Of a stretch of 64,000 nucleotides of DNA, positions 7,884 through 17,779 are shown in pieces. This stretch comes from Faecousia sp. (GTDB taxonomy: Bacteria > Bacillota > Clostridia > Oscillospirales > Oscillospiraceae): contig JAZURG010000204.1 of NCBI GenBank assembly GCA_045606145.1, positions 10,472-74,471 on the forward strand, given 5' to 3'. A program made the translations under genes and the position numbers. How positions within the stretch are numbered: position 1 is the stretch's first letter; every line of letters starts with the position of its first letter. Under the pieces are notes generated by a model. That model was not told where the DNA came from, made no database searches, and saw nothing but the letters and a program-made list of their open reading frames with translations.

Positions 7884-9432
7884 TACTTTCCCCCATAATG
7901 TTGAGTTTTTTTGTCAAGAGGTTATCTTGATAGAACTTTCTATCCGAAATCAAATCCCCAACCTGTCCATCTACGGAAAACTCAGGGTAATAGACCGCAT
8001 CCTCCGTAAATTCCGGATGTGCCGTGAACAGGATTTTGGGATATTCAATTCGCTTCCACTGCGCATAGACAGCTTCTTTAAATCCATCCCGATCCGTTCC
8101 GATGACGAAGATCTTATCCCAGTTGATTCTTTGCTTTCGTCTGTTCCAGGCTTCTTTTGCTTCCTGGCAGGTTTCGTAGTGCATGAAGTGGATTTCCACA
8201 TCATCCAGCATGCCAATGGGGTATTCCTCGCCCCAGCGGATCACCAGCTCCTGTTCCATGTAATGCCGCAGTTTCAGCACCATTTTGACAAATCCGGGTT
8301 CGGGGATGAAGGTGTTGATGGTAGGAGAAAGAAACTGCAATCCCAGATCGTGGTACAGGACTCCGCCAATGCAATTCTGGGAAATGAATGTAATCCCCTC
8401 GGCATTTACGCCGCTGACAGCATTTGTGATTCTCTTTTGCACCTGTGAACGCTGTAATCTGCCTTTCATGCGGGGCACAAATTGCTTTACTGTCCGAAGA
8501 TGCGCTGCAAGTCGCTCTTTGGCGAACTGCGGCTGTTGCTCTCGATAATAGGAAGCAGCGTTTCCGTCACCCATGATCCGCTCAATGGCTTCCAGCTTCT
8601 CCTGCTTGGAGCGACTGCGATTTCTGACAATATGGTAGATGTAGTTCCGTCTGCTTTGCGTAATCATTGCCTCTTTGCGCGCTTTCGCACCGGGGCCAAC
8701 GATTCTTGCCAGTTGCTCCATTCGAGCAAATTCCGGCTGATTGTCAATGAAGCCGAATTTGCTCATCAAAGAGGAGTTGTTCCAGCGAATATAGTAGTAG
8801 AGCGGCTCGTTAAGAACAACACACTTTTTGATCTGCGCAGCTTCCAGATAATCCAGTACAAACTGGAAATCTTCTCCCATGCTCTGGTTTTCATCGAAGC
8901 GGATATGATGTTCTTCGATTAAGTCCCGGCGAAAAACCTTATTCCAAAGCTGCTGCAGCAGGAACTTGTCGCAGAGATCAAAGAAACCTTTCGCCTCGAT
9001 GGCAGTTTCCGCAGCTGCTTCCGCACCCCACAAGTAATCGCGTTTGGCGGAATTGATTTTATCGATGAAATGATGTCCGCAAATACACAGCGCATCGGGA
9101 TGCTTCCGGGACAACCCGATCAGCTCCCGCGCATATCTCCGGGATACCCAGTCATCACTGTCTACGAAGAAAATGTATTCTCCGTGTGCTTTACTAAGCC
9201 CCGCATTCCGGGTGTAAGAAACGCCGCTGTTTTTCTCATTGCGGATGCCGTGTACATTCTCATATTCTGCTACCAATTCGCAGCAGATATCCCAACTATT
9301 ATCTTTTGAGCAATCCTCGCACAGAAGGACCTCAATATCCCGCTCAAGGCCCAGCACCAGGGATTCCACGCAACGGCGCAGGGTCTTTTCTGCGTTGTAA
9401 ACCGGAATAATAACACTGGCCTTTGGATTCAT
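7861..9432 (-). CDS. GT2 fused to C-terminal DUF1919-like domain
   Basis: N-terminal SVIIPVYN/FVDSDD; C-terminal ISQNCIGGVLYHDLGLQFLSPTIN...IHFMHY...W.RR..RINWD. Confidence 0.85.
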   Translation of the reverse strand: MNPKASVIIPVYNAEKTLRRCVESLVLGLERDIEVLLCEDCSKDNSWDICCELVAEYENVHGIRNEKNSGVSYTRNAGLSKAHGEYIFFVDSDDWVSRRYARELIGLSRKHPDALCICGHHFIDKINSAKRDYLWGAEAAAETAIEAKGFFDLCDKFLLQQLWNKVFRRDLIEEHHIRFDENQSMGEDFQFVLDYLEAAQIKKCVVLNEPLYYYIRWNNSSLMSKFGFIDNQPEFARMEQLARIVGPGAKARKEAMITQSRRNYIYHIVRNRSRSKQEKLEAIERIMGDGNAASYYREQQPQFAKERLAAHLRTVKQFVPRMKGRLQRSQVQKRITNAVSGVNAEGITFISQNCIGGVLYHDLGLQFLSPTINTFIPEPGFVKMVLKLRHYMEQELVIRWGEEYPIGMLDDVEIHFMHYETCQEAKEAWNRRKQRINWDKIFVIGTDRDGFKEAVYAQWKRIEYPKILFTAHPEFTEDAVYYPEFSVDGQVGDLISDRKFYQDNLLTKKLNIMGESNGTATQS

Positions 9433-9434
9433 GT

Positions 9435-10010
9435 TTAGTCCTCTCTCTTTCGAATTACTCTCGCCGGTACGCCGCCCATAACGGCACCTGCCTCAACATC
9501 TTTTACCACAACAGCATTGGCGCCGATAACCGCACCATCGCTGACAGTAATATCACCCAGTACCTTTGCCCCACAGGTAATCATTACGTTGTTGCCGATT
9601 GTGGGACAGCCACGGTTGTTATAGCCGATAGTGACCTGCTGGTTGATCCAACAGTTCTCACCGATGGACTTTGCCGCAATCATAGTAGCGAAACCGTGCT
9701 GAATGAACAGTCCTCCGCCGATTTCCGGTGTTTCGATGAACAGGGTATCCATGGGGCGATACCAAAATGCGATCCAGTAACGGTAAATCCGCCTGTGACT
9801 GTTGCGGTAGATGAACAGATTGCGGAATTCTTTCTTGTCCCACAAAAGCTGTGCCAAAATCGCTGTTTTAGAACCCTCAAGATGGCAGATGTGTTTCCAT
9901 CGATTTAAGTCCTTTATGAACTTGTCATTGTTCCAGTTGACCCACGGGAGAATCATGAGCAGCCGGAGCATCTGCAAAATGGATCTGATTTTTCTCATAA
10001 GTATCCTCAA
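9435..10010 (-). CDS. Serine-acetyltransferase-like (left-handed beta-helix) O-acetyltransferase
   Basis: IGGGLFIQHG, IGENCWINQQVTIG, GANAVVVKDV, GGVPAR. Confidence 0.9.
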   Translation of the reverse strand: MRILMRKIRSILQMLRLLMILPWVNWNNDKFIKDLNRWKHICHLEGSKTAILAQLLWDKKEFRNLFIYRNSHRRIYRYWIAFWYRPMDTLFIETPEIGGGLFIQHGFATMIAAKSIGENCWINQQVTIGYNNRGCPTIGNNVMITCGAKVLGDITVSDGAVIGANAVVVKDVEAGAVMGGVPARVIRKRED

Positions 10011-10972
10011 TCATAATACTGTGTATTAGAAGTACTTTCTTCATTTAGTTCAGCTTTTTTTACCAAGCCGCACCAGACTTGAAGCAGAGCTGGCCACAGC
10101 CGAACATCAATGGGTGTGTGATTCTTCTCACTGAAATATGCCTGCAACTGCTGCTTAACCATAGCATTACTTTCCTTCGTTGCCAGCGGGTCACGGGAAA
10201 GAATGACCATCATCTCCACAAAGTGACGATCAAATACCTGGCGAAGCTCCGGGAAACGAGTAATTACATTCACTCTGCGCTTACTTAGATAGTCGATTCT
10301 GTCTTTTACAATCTGTTCGCCGGATTCCGGCGAACACATAACGCTGGAGCGGCGCTTTCGATAGTTATAGATAACAAAAATGTCACGAACAATTTTCCGG
10401 GCATTCATAATGCCGCGATAGGTGAAGTATTCATCGTCGATCTTGTGACCTTCTTCGAAGAAGATGCCGTCAAACAGTGATCGCACATAAAGCTTGTCCC
10501 AGAGTAGGCCACAGGTCCAGTCCTTTGTAAACTGCTTCAGATACTGAACGCAGGAAAACTCTGTTTGTTCATCCTGAACTATATGCGAAACAGTTTTGTC
10601 AGGGAAAACATCGCAGAAGGAGCACTGGATCACATCTGCATTGGTGCCTTCAAGCTGCGCAACCATGTGAGCATAAGCATCCGGCTCTAGGTAGTCGTCG
10701 CTATCCACAAAGCTCAGGTATTTACCAGTTGCAATACAGAGTCCTGCATTTTTAGCTGCTGCAGCTCCTCCGTTCTTTTGGTGGATTACAACGATACGGG
10801 AATCCCTTTCGGCGTATTCATCACAAATAGCACCGGAAGAATCCGTCGAACCATCATCGATCAGAATGACTTGCAAATTGGAATAGCTTTGTGACAGCAC
10901 ACTATCCAGACATTGCGGTAAATATGATTCTACATTGTATACAGGGATTATGACAGAAATGGTACTATCCAC
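10007..10972 (-). CDS. Glycosyltransferase family 2
   Basis: ISVIIPVYNVE, IDDGSTD, FVDSDD. Confidence 0.95.
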   Translation of the reverse strand: MDSTISVIIPVYNVESYLPQCLDSVLSQSYSNLQVILIDDGSTDSSGAICDEYAERDSRIVVIHQKNGGAAAAKNAGLCIATGKYLSFVDSDDYLEPDAYAHMVAQLEGTNADVIQCSFCDVFPDKTVSHIVQDEQTEFSCVQYLKQFTKDWTCGLLWDKLYVRSLFDGIFFEEGHKIDDEYFTYRGIMNARKIVRDIFVIYNYRKRRSSVMCSPESGEQIVKDRIDYLSKRRVNVITRFPELRQVFDRHFVEMMVILSRDPLATKESNAMVKQQLQAYFSEKNHTPIDVRLWPALLQVWCGLVKKAELNEESTSNTQYYD

Positions 10973-10985
10973 AAAACTCCTCCTC

Positions 10986-12140
10986 TCACTTAGGACTAAT
11001 TATTTTACGAAGAATATTTCGTAGGGAATATCTTTTTTCTGGGGTGCCGAATAGTAATTCCGAAACAAGTTTATCAAAGTCAGAATTTCCCCTTTTATCG
11101 AAAAACACATTTCGCTTTGCGTGGGGAACAGAACTATTGTACGCACTGGGATTTTGACGAAGCGCTGCTTGCGCATCCACAGCGATCACATCCATATCGC
11201 TCTTGATATTCTCCCAACAGCTTGCGCCTTTCTCGGTGTTTACCATTACGAGGGATGTTCCTTTATCATCGTCAAATTCAGGATATTGTTCCCACACACC
11301 CCAAAAGTCGCCAAGCGTGAAATCGGAGCAACGATTTAGCCCTTTAAACTGGCATTGGGCACAGGAGGGTCTTAAGTAGAGGTTATTGACAAATCCTCGC
11401 ATGTATGGGTCTTCGCTTTGGGGTACACTATATGAGTTTCCGTTCGAATAATCGATCCGCAGACTATAGCGATATTTGCTCCATCCGGATACTTTGTCTC
11501 TTTGATTGACAGCGATGATCCTGGCTTTTTCCGCATCTTTCTTAATGCGATATGCCAAATATTTCTGCCAAGCCAGCGGAGAAGGCACTCCATGGCAAAT
11601 CATATCTGCAAGAATCAGTTTATCGTAGTCCTTGCCTAAATACGATTTGAGCCCCGCTATCTGGCAGGGTGTTCCGACAAACAACATCCAGCGATTCGCT
11701 TCCAATATGCTGCGAATCTCCGGGAAAAGATGCTCCGCGCAGCTCTGTGCATACTTTGCGCCCTGCAGCTTGCAGATGTCAGAAGTATTTTCAATAATCT
11801 GATGTTCCACCTCAAAATTATCTGTATAGCCAGCGCCGCAAACAGCACCGCCTTCGTCCAGGACGAAAGTAGCCAAAGCAGGAAACACACCGCCGGAAGA
11901 ACTGGCGCTGCGAAGGTGATTGTCTTTGTGTTGAACACCGTACGCTTGCGGAGCTGCTTGTACCGGAAGCTTATTTAGCACAGGACAGACAGCCTCACAT
12001 TTATGACAGGAAATACAGCGGGTAGTATCAATTTGCGGATATTGGAATCTCTCCCGGTCCGATTGCATTTCTATGCAGTTAAGAGGACAACTGGCAGCGC
12101 AAGCGCCACATCCGGTGCAAATATTCTTATCTGCCAGCAT
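10986..12140 (-). CDS. 4Fe-4S / coenzyme F420 hydrogenase beta-subunit-like protein (polysaccharide-locus type)
   Basis: Two CxxCxxCxxxCP ferredoxin motifs; SSSGG, GTPCQ, CHGVPSP, LRPSC, DFTLGDFWG. Confidence 0.9.
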   Translation of the reverse strand: MLADKNICTGCGACAASCPLNCIEMQSDRERFQYPQIDTTRCISCHKCEAVCPVLNKLPVQAAPQAYGVQHKDNHLRSASSSGGVFPALATFVLDEGGAVCGAGYTDNFEVEHQIIENTSDICKLQGAKYAQSCAEHLFPEIRSILEANRWMLFVGTPCQIAGLKSYLGKDYDKLILADMICHGVPSPLAWQKYLAYRIKKDAEKARIIAVNQRDKVSGWSKYRYSLRIDYSNGNSYSVPQSEDPYMRGFVNNLYLRPSCAQCQFKGLNRCSDFTLGDFWGVWEQYPEFDDDKGTSLVMVNTEKGASCWENIKSDMDVIAVDAQAALRQNPSAYNSSVPHAKRNVFFDKRGNSDFDKLVSELLFGTPEKRYSLRNILRKIISPK

Positions 12141-12151
12141 ATCGACTCTCC

Positions 12152-13150
12152 TTACTTAATTATCATTCGTTTCACTTTCCTGCATGCGCGTCGAGCAAGA
12201 TCAACGGTACAATGCAGTCTGTATTTCACTGGATGCCAAACCTGCAAGTATGCCCTATACTCTTCAGGCTTAATATCACTGCTTTGCTTCAGTTTGTCGT
12301 AGCAATCCTTGGCTTGATCATATGCTGCTGCATCTAAATAAATCTTGTAGAGAATATGCAGATATTTCAAATCAACGATTGCCTGATAATCGCGATCCTT
12401 CCGTCCGGATTTCTCTATTCCAATTAGCAAAACTTTTTTCAATTCCATTCGCCGTGCAACTTCTTCTTCCAAAGTGCGCACACTTCTGGAATGACTGTCT
12501 TGACGAACGGCAATGTGGTACTGTTCTTCGTCGATATACCCACATTTTCCTCTGCCAGCTATCGGAATTAAAATCTGCCAATTCTGTCCAACATTCGTTT
12601 CGTAAATCGTTAGATCAGGGTATATCTCACGCAGCATCGCGGTCTTAATCATATAGCAACCGCAGGCACAGTAGGTTTTCTCTTGAATCAAATCAAGGAA
12701 GATATCTGCTCCAGAAGCATCGCCATAATAATTTATAGTACCTCGGCGCTTTCCGGAGCTAAAATCAAAGGTATCACCACTGGAACGAACGAAGTCAAAT
12801 TCCGGGTGGGTTTCCAAAAATGCGACACGTTTCTCAATGCTGTCCGGTTCGAGCCAATCATCCGAATCCGGCCAAACCAGATACTTGCCAGTCATTTCTC
12901 GTAAACCGGTATTCATAGCTCTCGCTTGACCGCCATTAGGCTGGCAAAGATACTTGAATACGATTCCTCTGGATTCCAGCGCAGGACGATAGGACAGTGC
13001 AATCTCCTCTGTCTGGTCGGTAGAGCCATCGTTGACAAAGATCAACTCCAAGCTGTCATAGGTTTGTGCCAGAATGGATTCAAAGTATTTATCAAGGAAT
13101 CCTTCGCCGTTATAGCAGGGGGTAATAATTGAAACCAATGGAAAACTCAT
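12152..13150 (-). CDS. Glycosyltransferase family 2
   Basis: VSIITPCYNGE, VNDGSTD, WPDSDD. Confidence 0.93.
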   Translation of the reverse strand: MSFPLVSIITPCYNGEGFLDKYFESILAQTYDSLELIFVNDGSTDQTEEIALSYRPALESRGIVFKYLCQPNGGQARAMNTGLREMTGKYLVWPDSDDWLEPDSIEKRVAFLETHPEFDFVRSSGDTFDFSSGKRRGTINYYGDASGADIFLDLIQEKTYCACGCYMIKTAMLREIYPDLTIYETNVGQNWQILIPIAGRGKCGYIDEEQYHIAVRQDSHSRSVRTLEEEVARRMELKKVLLIGIEKSGRKDRDYQAIVDLKYLHILYKIYLDAAAYDQAKDCYDKLKQSSDIKPEEYRAYLQVWHPVKYRLHCTVDLARRACRKVKRMIIK

Positions 13151-13166
13151 TCCTATAGCCTCCGAA

Positions 13167-14153
13167 TCATTGTTTGCGGCCTATAATCTTATGTAAAAAG
13201 CTCTTTCCCCGCCAGTATAGATTCATAAGACGAGGAAACGCAACCCCAAAACACCACCGGTTTTCCGGCCAGTTGGAGAACGCAATTTTTAAATTGGCAA
13301 GAATTACTTTTCTCTGTTTGTTTCGCATTACATGCATATACTTTGCATTCCATTGGACTTCGCTTTTCTCCACAGCAAAATACTGTTCTGCAATTGCGCT
13401 CATGAATAATGCAATCAGTTTCTTGTACAGATCCCTGTGTTTTTCTCTCATCGCAAAAGCAAGGATCTCTTCGAAGGCCTCAAACTCGTCCAACCGCTGG
13501 GGCTTCCAATTGCTTTTTGTAATTCCGTTAGCATTATACCAATAATAGTACAGGGGGGCATGGACCACGGCTATAGTATCAAATTGAAACAGGACTTTAT
13601 ATGTTGTAAATAGATCTTCATGTAATTTTCCAAGTGGAAAACGCACCTCACTAAAAGCACTTTTAGAATACAACTTTGCTGGTGCGCATACACCGCTATT
13701 TTTCAACAAGAACGCATCTGATATTTGCATCACTTGGATATCATTAGTGAGAATATTTGTATTAACAATCTCAGAAGATACTGGTACATATGCACATTTA
13801 CTAACCAATACTCCGTTGGAAACGGCCGCATGAATAAGTACCGATAAATACTCCAAATGCACCCAATCATCGCTGTCAATAAAGGTGAGCCACTGGCTGT
13901 TTGAATTAGTAAACGCCCATTCGATGCCGGCATTGCGGGCAGCGGAAAGGCCGCCGTTTTCCTGGTGAATCACTACTACCCGGCTGTCCTTGGCGGCATA
14001 TTCATCGCAGATGGCTCCGCAGTTGTCCGGGCTTCCATCATCCACCAGGATTAGCTCGAAATCGGAGTAAGTCTGCCCCAGGATGCTGTCCACACAGCGG
14101 TGTATGTACTTTTCAACCTTGTAAACAGGCACGATTACGCTGATATTGGGCAT
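13167..14153 (-). CDS. Glycosyltransferase family 2
   Basis: Start reset to MPNISVIVPVYKVE (RBS GGAGG); LVDDGSPD, FIDSDD. Confidence 0.93.
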   Translation of the reverse strand: MPNISVIVPVYKVEKYIHRCVDSILGQTYSDFELILVDDGSPDNCGAICDEYAAKDSRVVVIHQENGGLSAARNAGIEWAFTNSNSQWLTFIDSDDWVHLEYLSVLIHAAVSNGVLVSKCAYVPVSSEIVNTNILTNDIQVMQISDAFLLKNSGVCAPAKLYSKSAFSEVRFPLGKLHEDLFTTYKVLFQFDTIAVVHAPLYYYWYNANGITKSNWKPQRLDEFEAFEEILAFAMREKHRDLYKKLIALFMSAIAEQYFAVEKSEVQWNAKYMHVMRNKQRKVILANLKIAFSNWPENRWCFGVAFPRLMNLYWRGKSFLHKIIGRKQ

Positions 14154-14158
14154 TGGGG

Positions 14159-15214
14159 TTACCTCCAGATATTCTGAATATCCTCCGCAAGGGTTTGATA
14201 ATAATGGGTCAAATGCGTATTGTCGTAGTGATGCGGTCCTTTGGGGATTGCACGGTATTCCGCAATAATATCTTCTGGGCTGTCCGCAAAGCGAATATAA
14301 TCCAGATGCTTGATCCATTCGTAACAACCACGGACCTTGGGGCTCTTGCTGTCGATGACAATGCAGGGGGTGCCGGTAATGGCACAGAAGATCATTCCAT
14401 GGAGCCGATCCGTGATCACAAGTTGCGCACCGGAGAATTCGTCAAATTTTGCTTGCAAGGCGGCTTCCCGCTGTTCCACGGTCACCCGTCCCGGAACAAC
14501 CATATCGGTGTCTGCCACATCTGTACCAAACAGCTCTGTAACCTGCTGACGAATAATCTGATCTTGCCCTTCCGTCCGTGTCTTTTCACAATCCTTCCGC
14601 AGGCACAGCAGACAGCCTTTCCGATCGAGGTTATAGTTGTCCTTTTTCAGCGACAGCACCATATCGGGAATCAGTCGAACATCCCGATAAATGGCCTTCA
14701 TGTAATGATAGGAAGTCTTTTCTCGGGCATAGACGGTTAAGTGTTTGTGGTGATTATAAATCTGAATAGAGTTCTGAAGTTCTTCCTGGCCCCCTTTGCT
14801 ATCTTCATAGAACACGGTGTTGGGAAGAATAAGTATCGTAGATTGAGGATTATTTTGGATAATCTCACGTTGTAAGTTCTCGGTCTTTATCCATATGGTG
14901 CCTAAATTTCCACCACCATTGATAAACACAGGAAAACCATTAAATACATCTAAGCGGTTTGTCCACTTGAGTTCGTACAATTGGCTCCCAGTAATTTCTA
15001 TGTAATTCACACCCAATCGCTTTAGCAAATTTGTTTCCGCTTGAGCAATTGCATGGTCTCCCAAATTTCCATGTTCCGGAGTCAGAATCAGAAATACTGT
15101 ATTGGGATTCTTTTTAAATTCTGCTCTGTATGCGTTACGTAGCTTGCGCTTTTCGTTCGCATCGTGTAGGATGCCATGCAACCGCCGGAGGGGGTACAAA
15201 AAATCTTTAGCCAC
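14159..15214 (-). CDS. Polysaccharide pyruvyl transferase family (EpsI-like)
   Basis: HGNLGDHAI, GGGNLG, AREKTSY, VITDRLHGMIF. Confidence 0.9.
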   Translation of the reverse strand: MAKDFLYPLRRLHGILHDANEKRKLRNAYRAEFKKNPNTVFLILTPEHGNLGDHAIAQAETNLLKRLGVNYIEITGSQLYELKWTNRLDVFNGFPVFINGGGNLGTIWIKTENLQREIIQNNPQSTILILPNTVFYEDSKGGQEELQNSIQIYNHHKHLTVYAREKTSYHYMKAIYRDVRLIPDMVLSLKKDNYNLDRKGCLLCLRKDCEKTRTEGQDQIIRQQVTELFGTDVADTDMVVPGRVTVEQREAALQAKFDEFSGAQLVITDRLHGMIFCAITGTPCIVIDSKSPKVRGCYEWIKHLDYIRFADSPEDIIAEYRAIPKGPHHYDNTHLTHYYQTLAEDIQNIWR

Positions 15215-16475
15215 GCAGTTTCACCTTCAATTCGTGCAACATTTGATACCATCTATATTGAGAGAGCCTTTCTCGAATGCTCATCGGCCTTTTCAGTGTT
15301 TCCGGATGCCAGAAATCTGCTTTCAAAATCCATTTTATATATTTCCAAACTGGACGTTTTTTCAGTATTCTCTGATTATCTACGATACGTTTTTGAATAT
15401 GTGTCCAGTAGGAAGTCATTGCCTCAAAATAGATAGGGTTACCCAGTATTCTTTCTCTAATGTTACATAACGTAGTTTGAGAATCTTCAAATCCATACCG
15501 CACGGGATCGGCACATTCGGCAATTAAGCCAACCAAAGTGCGATAACATTTTTCACAACAACAACAATTATTTCCAGACTGGGACTCCCAGCACACGTGC
15601 AAAGACAGCTGGTCTCCAGTACGGTTAACATAGTCGACTACATCTTTTACTTTATTCTGTCGGCTGCGTTCAAATCCATCGTGTACTACTCTGGCATTTG
15701 CATAACGTACATGGTTATCAGTCAGAGGATTCGATGAACAGCGCACATGACCATCTTCAGGGCAATGAGAAGATGCAATATACACTGTAGACACCCCATG
15801 CAAATATGCATAGGGTGCTGCATGCCCTAATAAGCCAATGCCATGCTTAACGCCGTGCCACCAGCCGTCCTTCAGCTGCGCAGAGAATGTTTTATGTAGC
15901 AGTCCCTCATTATCAAAATCCCGAAAGGAACTTCGAATCATGACATCAGGCAGATTATACTTTTCAGCATATTCCTCAATGCCTTTGTGAACAACTTTCC
16001 AGCCCTCCGCATTCTCAAAACGGATATCCGAACCCCAGATAGAAATCAGTGCAGGTCTCTCTTCCAAATGTCTTACCAGAGTATGAACTGCATCCAAACC
16101 GCCGGAGAAGAACGCAGCGCTTCCGCTGGAAGCAGGGATATTACATTGCACGAGATTGTCAACCGAGATCTGTCCGGCAAAAACGCTTTCCGGGAACATC
16201 TCCTCAAAGCCACTGCGTACATCGGGGATGCAGTCATAAAACGCCTTATCCAGTTCCATCAGCCGAAGCACAGAATCTGTCAGCCAGATAATAGGCAGAA
16301 CATTGCTCACGAAGGGGATTGCAGCAACAGCATCAGGTACTGTTTCAATATTTTCCGGGTATTCAATCACAAAAGGCTTTTCAGAGAAATACTTTATCAA
16401 GCCTTCGGATACTGTAAAGCCATATGAAATCGTGTTATTATGCTTACTTATTTGCTGTAGCACAATCTCTTCCAT
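15207..16475 (-). CDS. PP-loop (adenine nucleotide alpha hydrolase-like) hypothetical protein
   Basis: FFSGGLDA PP-loop-like motif; Cys cluster HVCW...NCCCCEKCYRT. Confidence 0.7.
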   Translation of the reverse strand: MEEIVLQQISKHNNTISYGFTVSEGLIKYFSEKPFVIEYPENIETVPDAVAAIPFVSNVLPIIWLTDSVLRLMELDKAFYDCIPDVRSGFEEMFPESVFAGQISVDNLVQCNIPASSGSAAFFSGGLDAVHTLVRHLEERPALISIWGSDIRFENAEGWKVVHKGIEEYAEKYNLPDVMIRSSFRDFDNEGLLHKTFSAQLKDGWWHGVKHGIGLLGHAAPYAYLHGVSTVYIASSHCPEDGHVRCSSNPLTDNHVRYANARVVHDGFERSRQNKVKDVVDYVNRTGDQLSLHVCWESQSGNNCCCCEKCYRTLVGLIAECADPVRYGFEDSQTTLCNIRERILGNPIYFEAMTSYWTHIQKRIVDNQRILKKRPVWKYIKWILKADFWHPETLKRPMSIRERLSQYRWYQMLHELKVKLRG

Positions 16476-16486
16476 AAGTTTTTCTC

Positions 16487-17767
16487 CTAGTTAATAATCT
16501 TCAGATCAGGGAATCTGACCGAACCCCAGTACCGATGCTCCCAATTCAGTAATTTCTTCTCATCCAGCGGGCTGATAACCTCAATTAGACAAGCCCGCGT
16601 TATGTGATCCAGAATAACACTATTGCCCACATCGTCACTTTGGAATAGGGCAATGCTGAAATAGTATCTACCATCAGACAGCATACTGGTATCAAATAGC
16701 ATTGTGCTTGTTACCCGTTCATCCAGGTCAAAATCGCCCAATTTACCAGACTGTACCAAACCTACCGCCGTATCGTCAGCATAACGAATAATCATACGGA
16801 ATTTTACATCCTGTAATTCTGCCTTGGCTTGCCACTTTAGTTGGATTTCAAGGTGTTCTCCTCTGGTTACAACGCAATCTTCTCGATCGGTGAAGACAAT
16901 GCTTTCCATATGTGCACGGTTTGTCGAATTTCTGGGTCTATCTCTCTTATCCAAGTCGGTATACACAGTTTCTTCAGCATTACCGCTATTCAAATAAATA
17001 GTAATCGCCTGCTCAACATCTCCCTCGAACACAACTTTACCCTTATCCAGCACCACACATCTATCGCAGAGCTGGCGGATGGTATTCATGTTGTGGGAGA
17101 CATAGAGGACGGTTCTTCCCTCTTTTTTGGCAGCGTCCCGCATTTTGTCCAAACACTTCTTCTGGAACGCCATGTCGCCGACAGCCAGGACTTCATCCAT
17201 GATCATGATTTCACTGTCCAGGTGGGCCGCCACGGAGAAGGCAAGCTTGACATACATACCGGAGGAATAGCGCTTGACGGGGGTATCGATAAACTCCCGG
17301 ACCTCGGAAAATTCGATGATATCCTCCATCTTGGCATCGATCTCAGCCTTGGTCATGCCCAGGATGGCACCGTTCATGTACACGTTCTCCCGGCCGGTCA
17401 TCTCACCGTTGAAGCCGGTGCCCACCTCCAGCATAGAGGCAATACGGCCGTAGATGTCGATCTCGCCCTCGGTGGGGGCGGTGACCCGGCTTAGGAGCTT
17501 CAGCATGGTGCTCTTGCCCGCGCCGTTGCCACCGATGATGCCCAGGGCCTCGCCCTTGTACACCGTCAGATCGATGCCGTTCAGAGCCATGAAGGTCTGG
17601 CCCACCAGGCGCTGGTCGGTGCCGATCTTGGTATTGGGGTCTTCCTTATGCCGGACCCGGGCCCACCAGCTTTGCAGATCCGCCGTCAGCGTGCCGCCAC
17701 CGATCTGGCCCAGCTTATACATCTTCTTCACGCCGGACAGCTGAATGGCTATTTCTCTGTTTTCCAT
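16487..17767 (-). CDS. wzt: Polysaccharide ABC exporter ATPase with C-terminal Wzt_C domain
   Basis: GGNGAGKST Walker A, YSSGM signature, MDEVLAVGD, VSH; extra C-terminal domain. Confidence 0.93.
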   Translation of the reverse strand: MENREIAIQLSGVKKMYKLGQIGGGTLTADLQSWWARVRHKEDPNTKIGTDQRLVGQTFMALNGIDLTVYKGEALGIIGGNGAGKSTMLKLLSRVTAPTEGEIDIYGRIASMLEVGTGFNGEMTGRENVYMNGAILGMTKAEIDAKMEDIIEFSEVREFIDTPVKRYSSGMYVKLAFSVAAHLDSEIMIMDEVLAVGDMAFQKKCLDKMRDAAKKEGRTVLYVSHNMNTIRQLCDRCVVLDKGKVVFEGDVEQAITIYLNSGNAEETVYTDLDKRDRPRNSTNRAHMESIVFTDREDCVVTRGEHLEIQLKWQAKAELQDVKFRMIIRYADDTAVGLVQSGKLGDFDLDERVTSTMLFDTSMLSDGRYYFSIALFQSDDVGNSVILDHITRACLIEVISPLDEKKLLNWEHRYWGSVRFPDLKIIN

Positions 17768-17779
17768 ATCCAGCCCTCC

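Noticed and set aside
10986-12140. F420 hydrogenase/methanogen-type metabolism
   Set aside because: FrhB-like proteins are common passengers of polysaccharide loci beside pyruvyl-transferase-like genes; no hydrogenase subunits are present.
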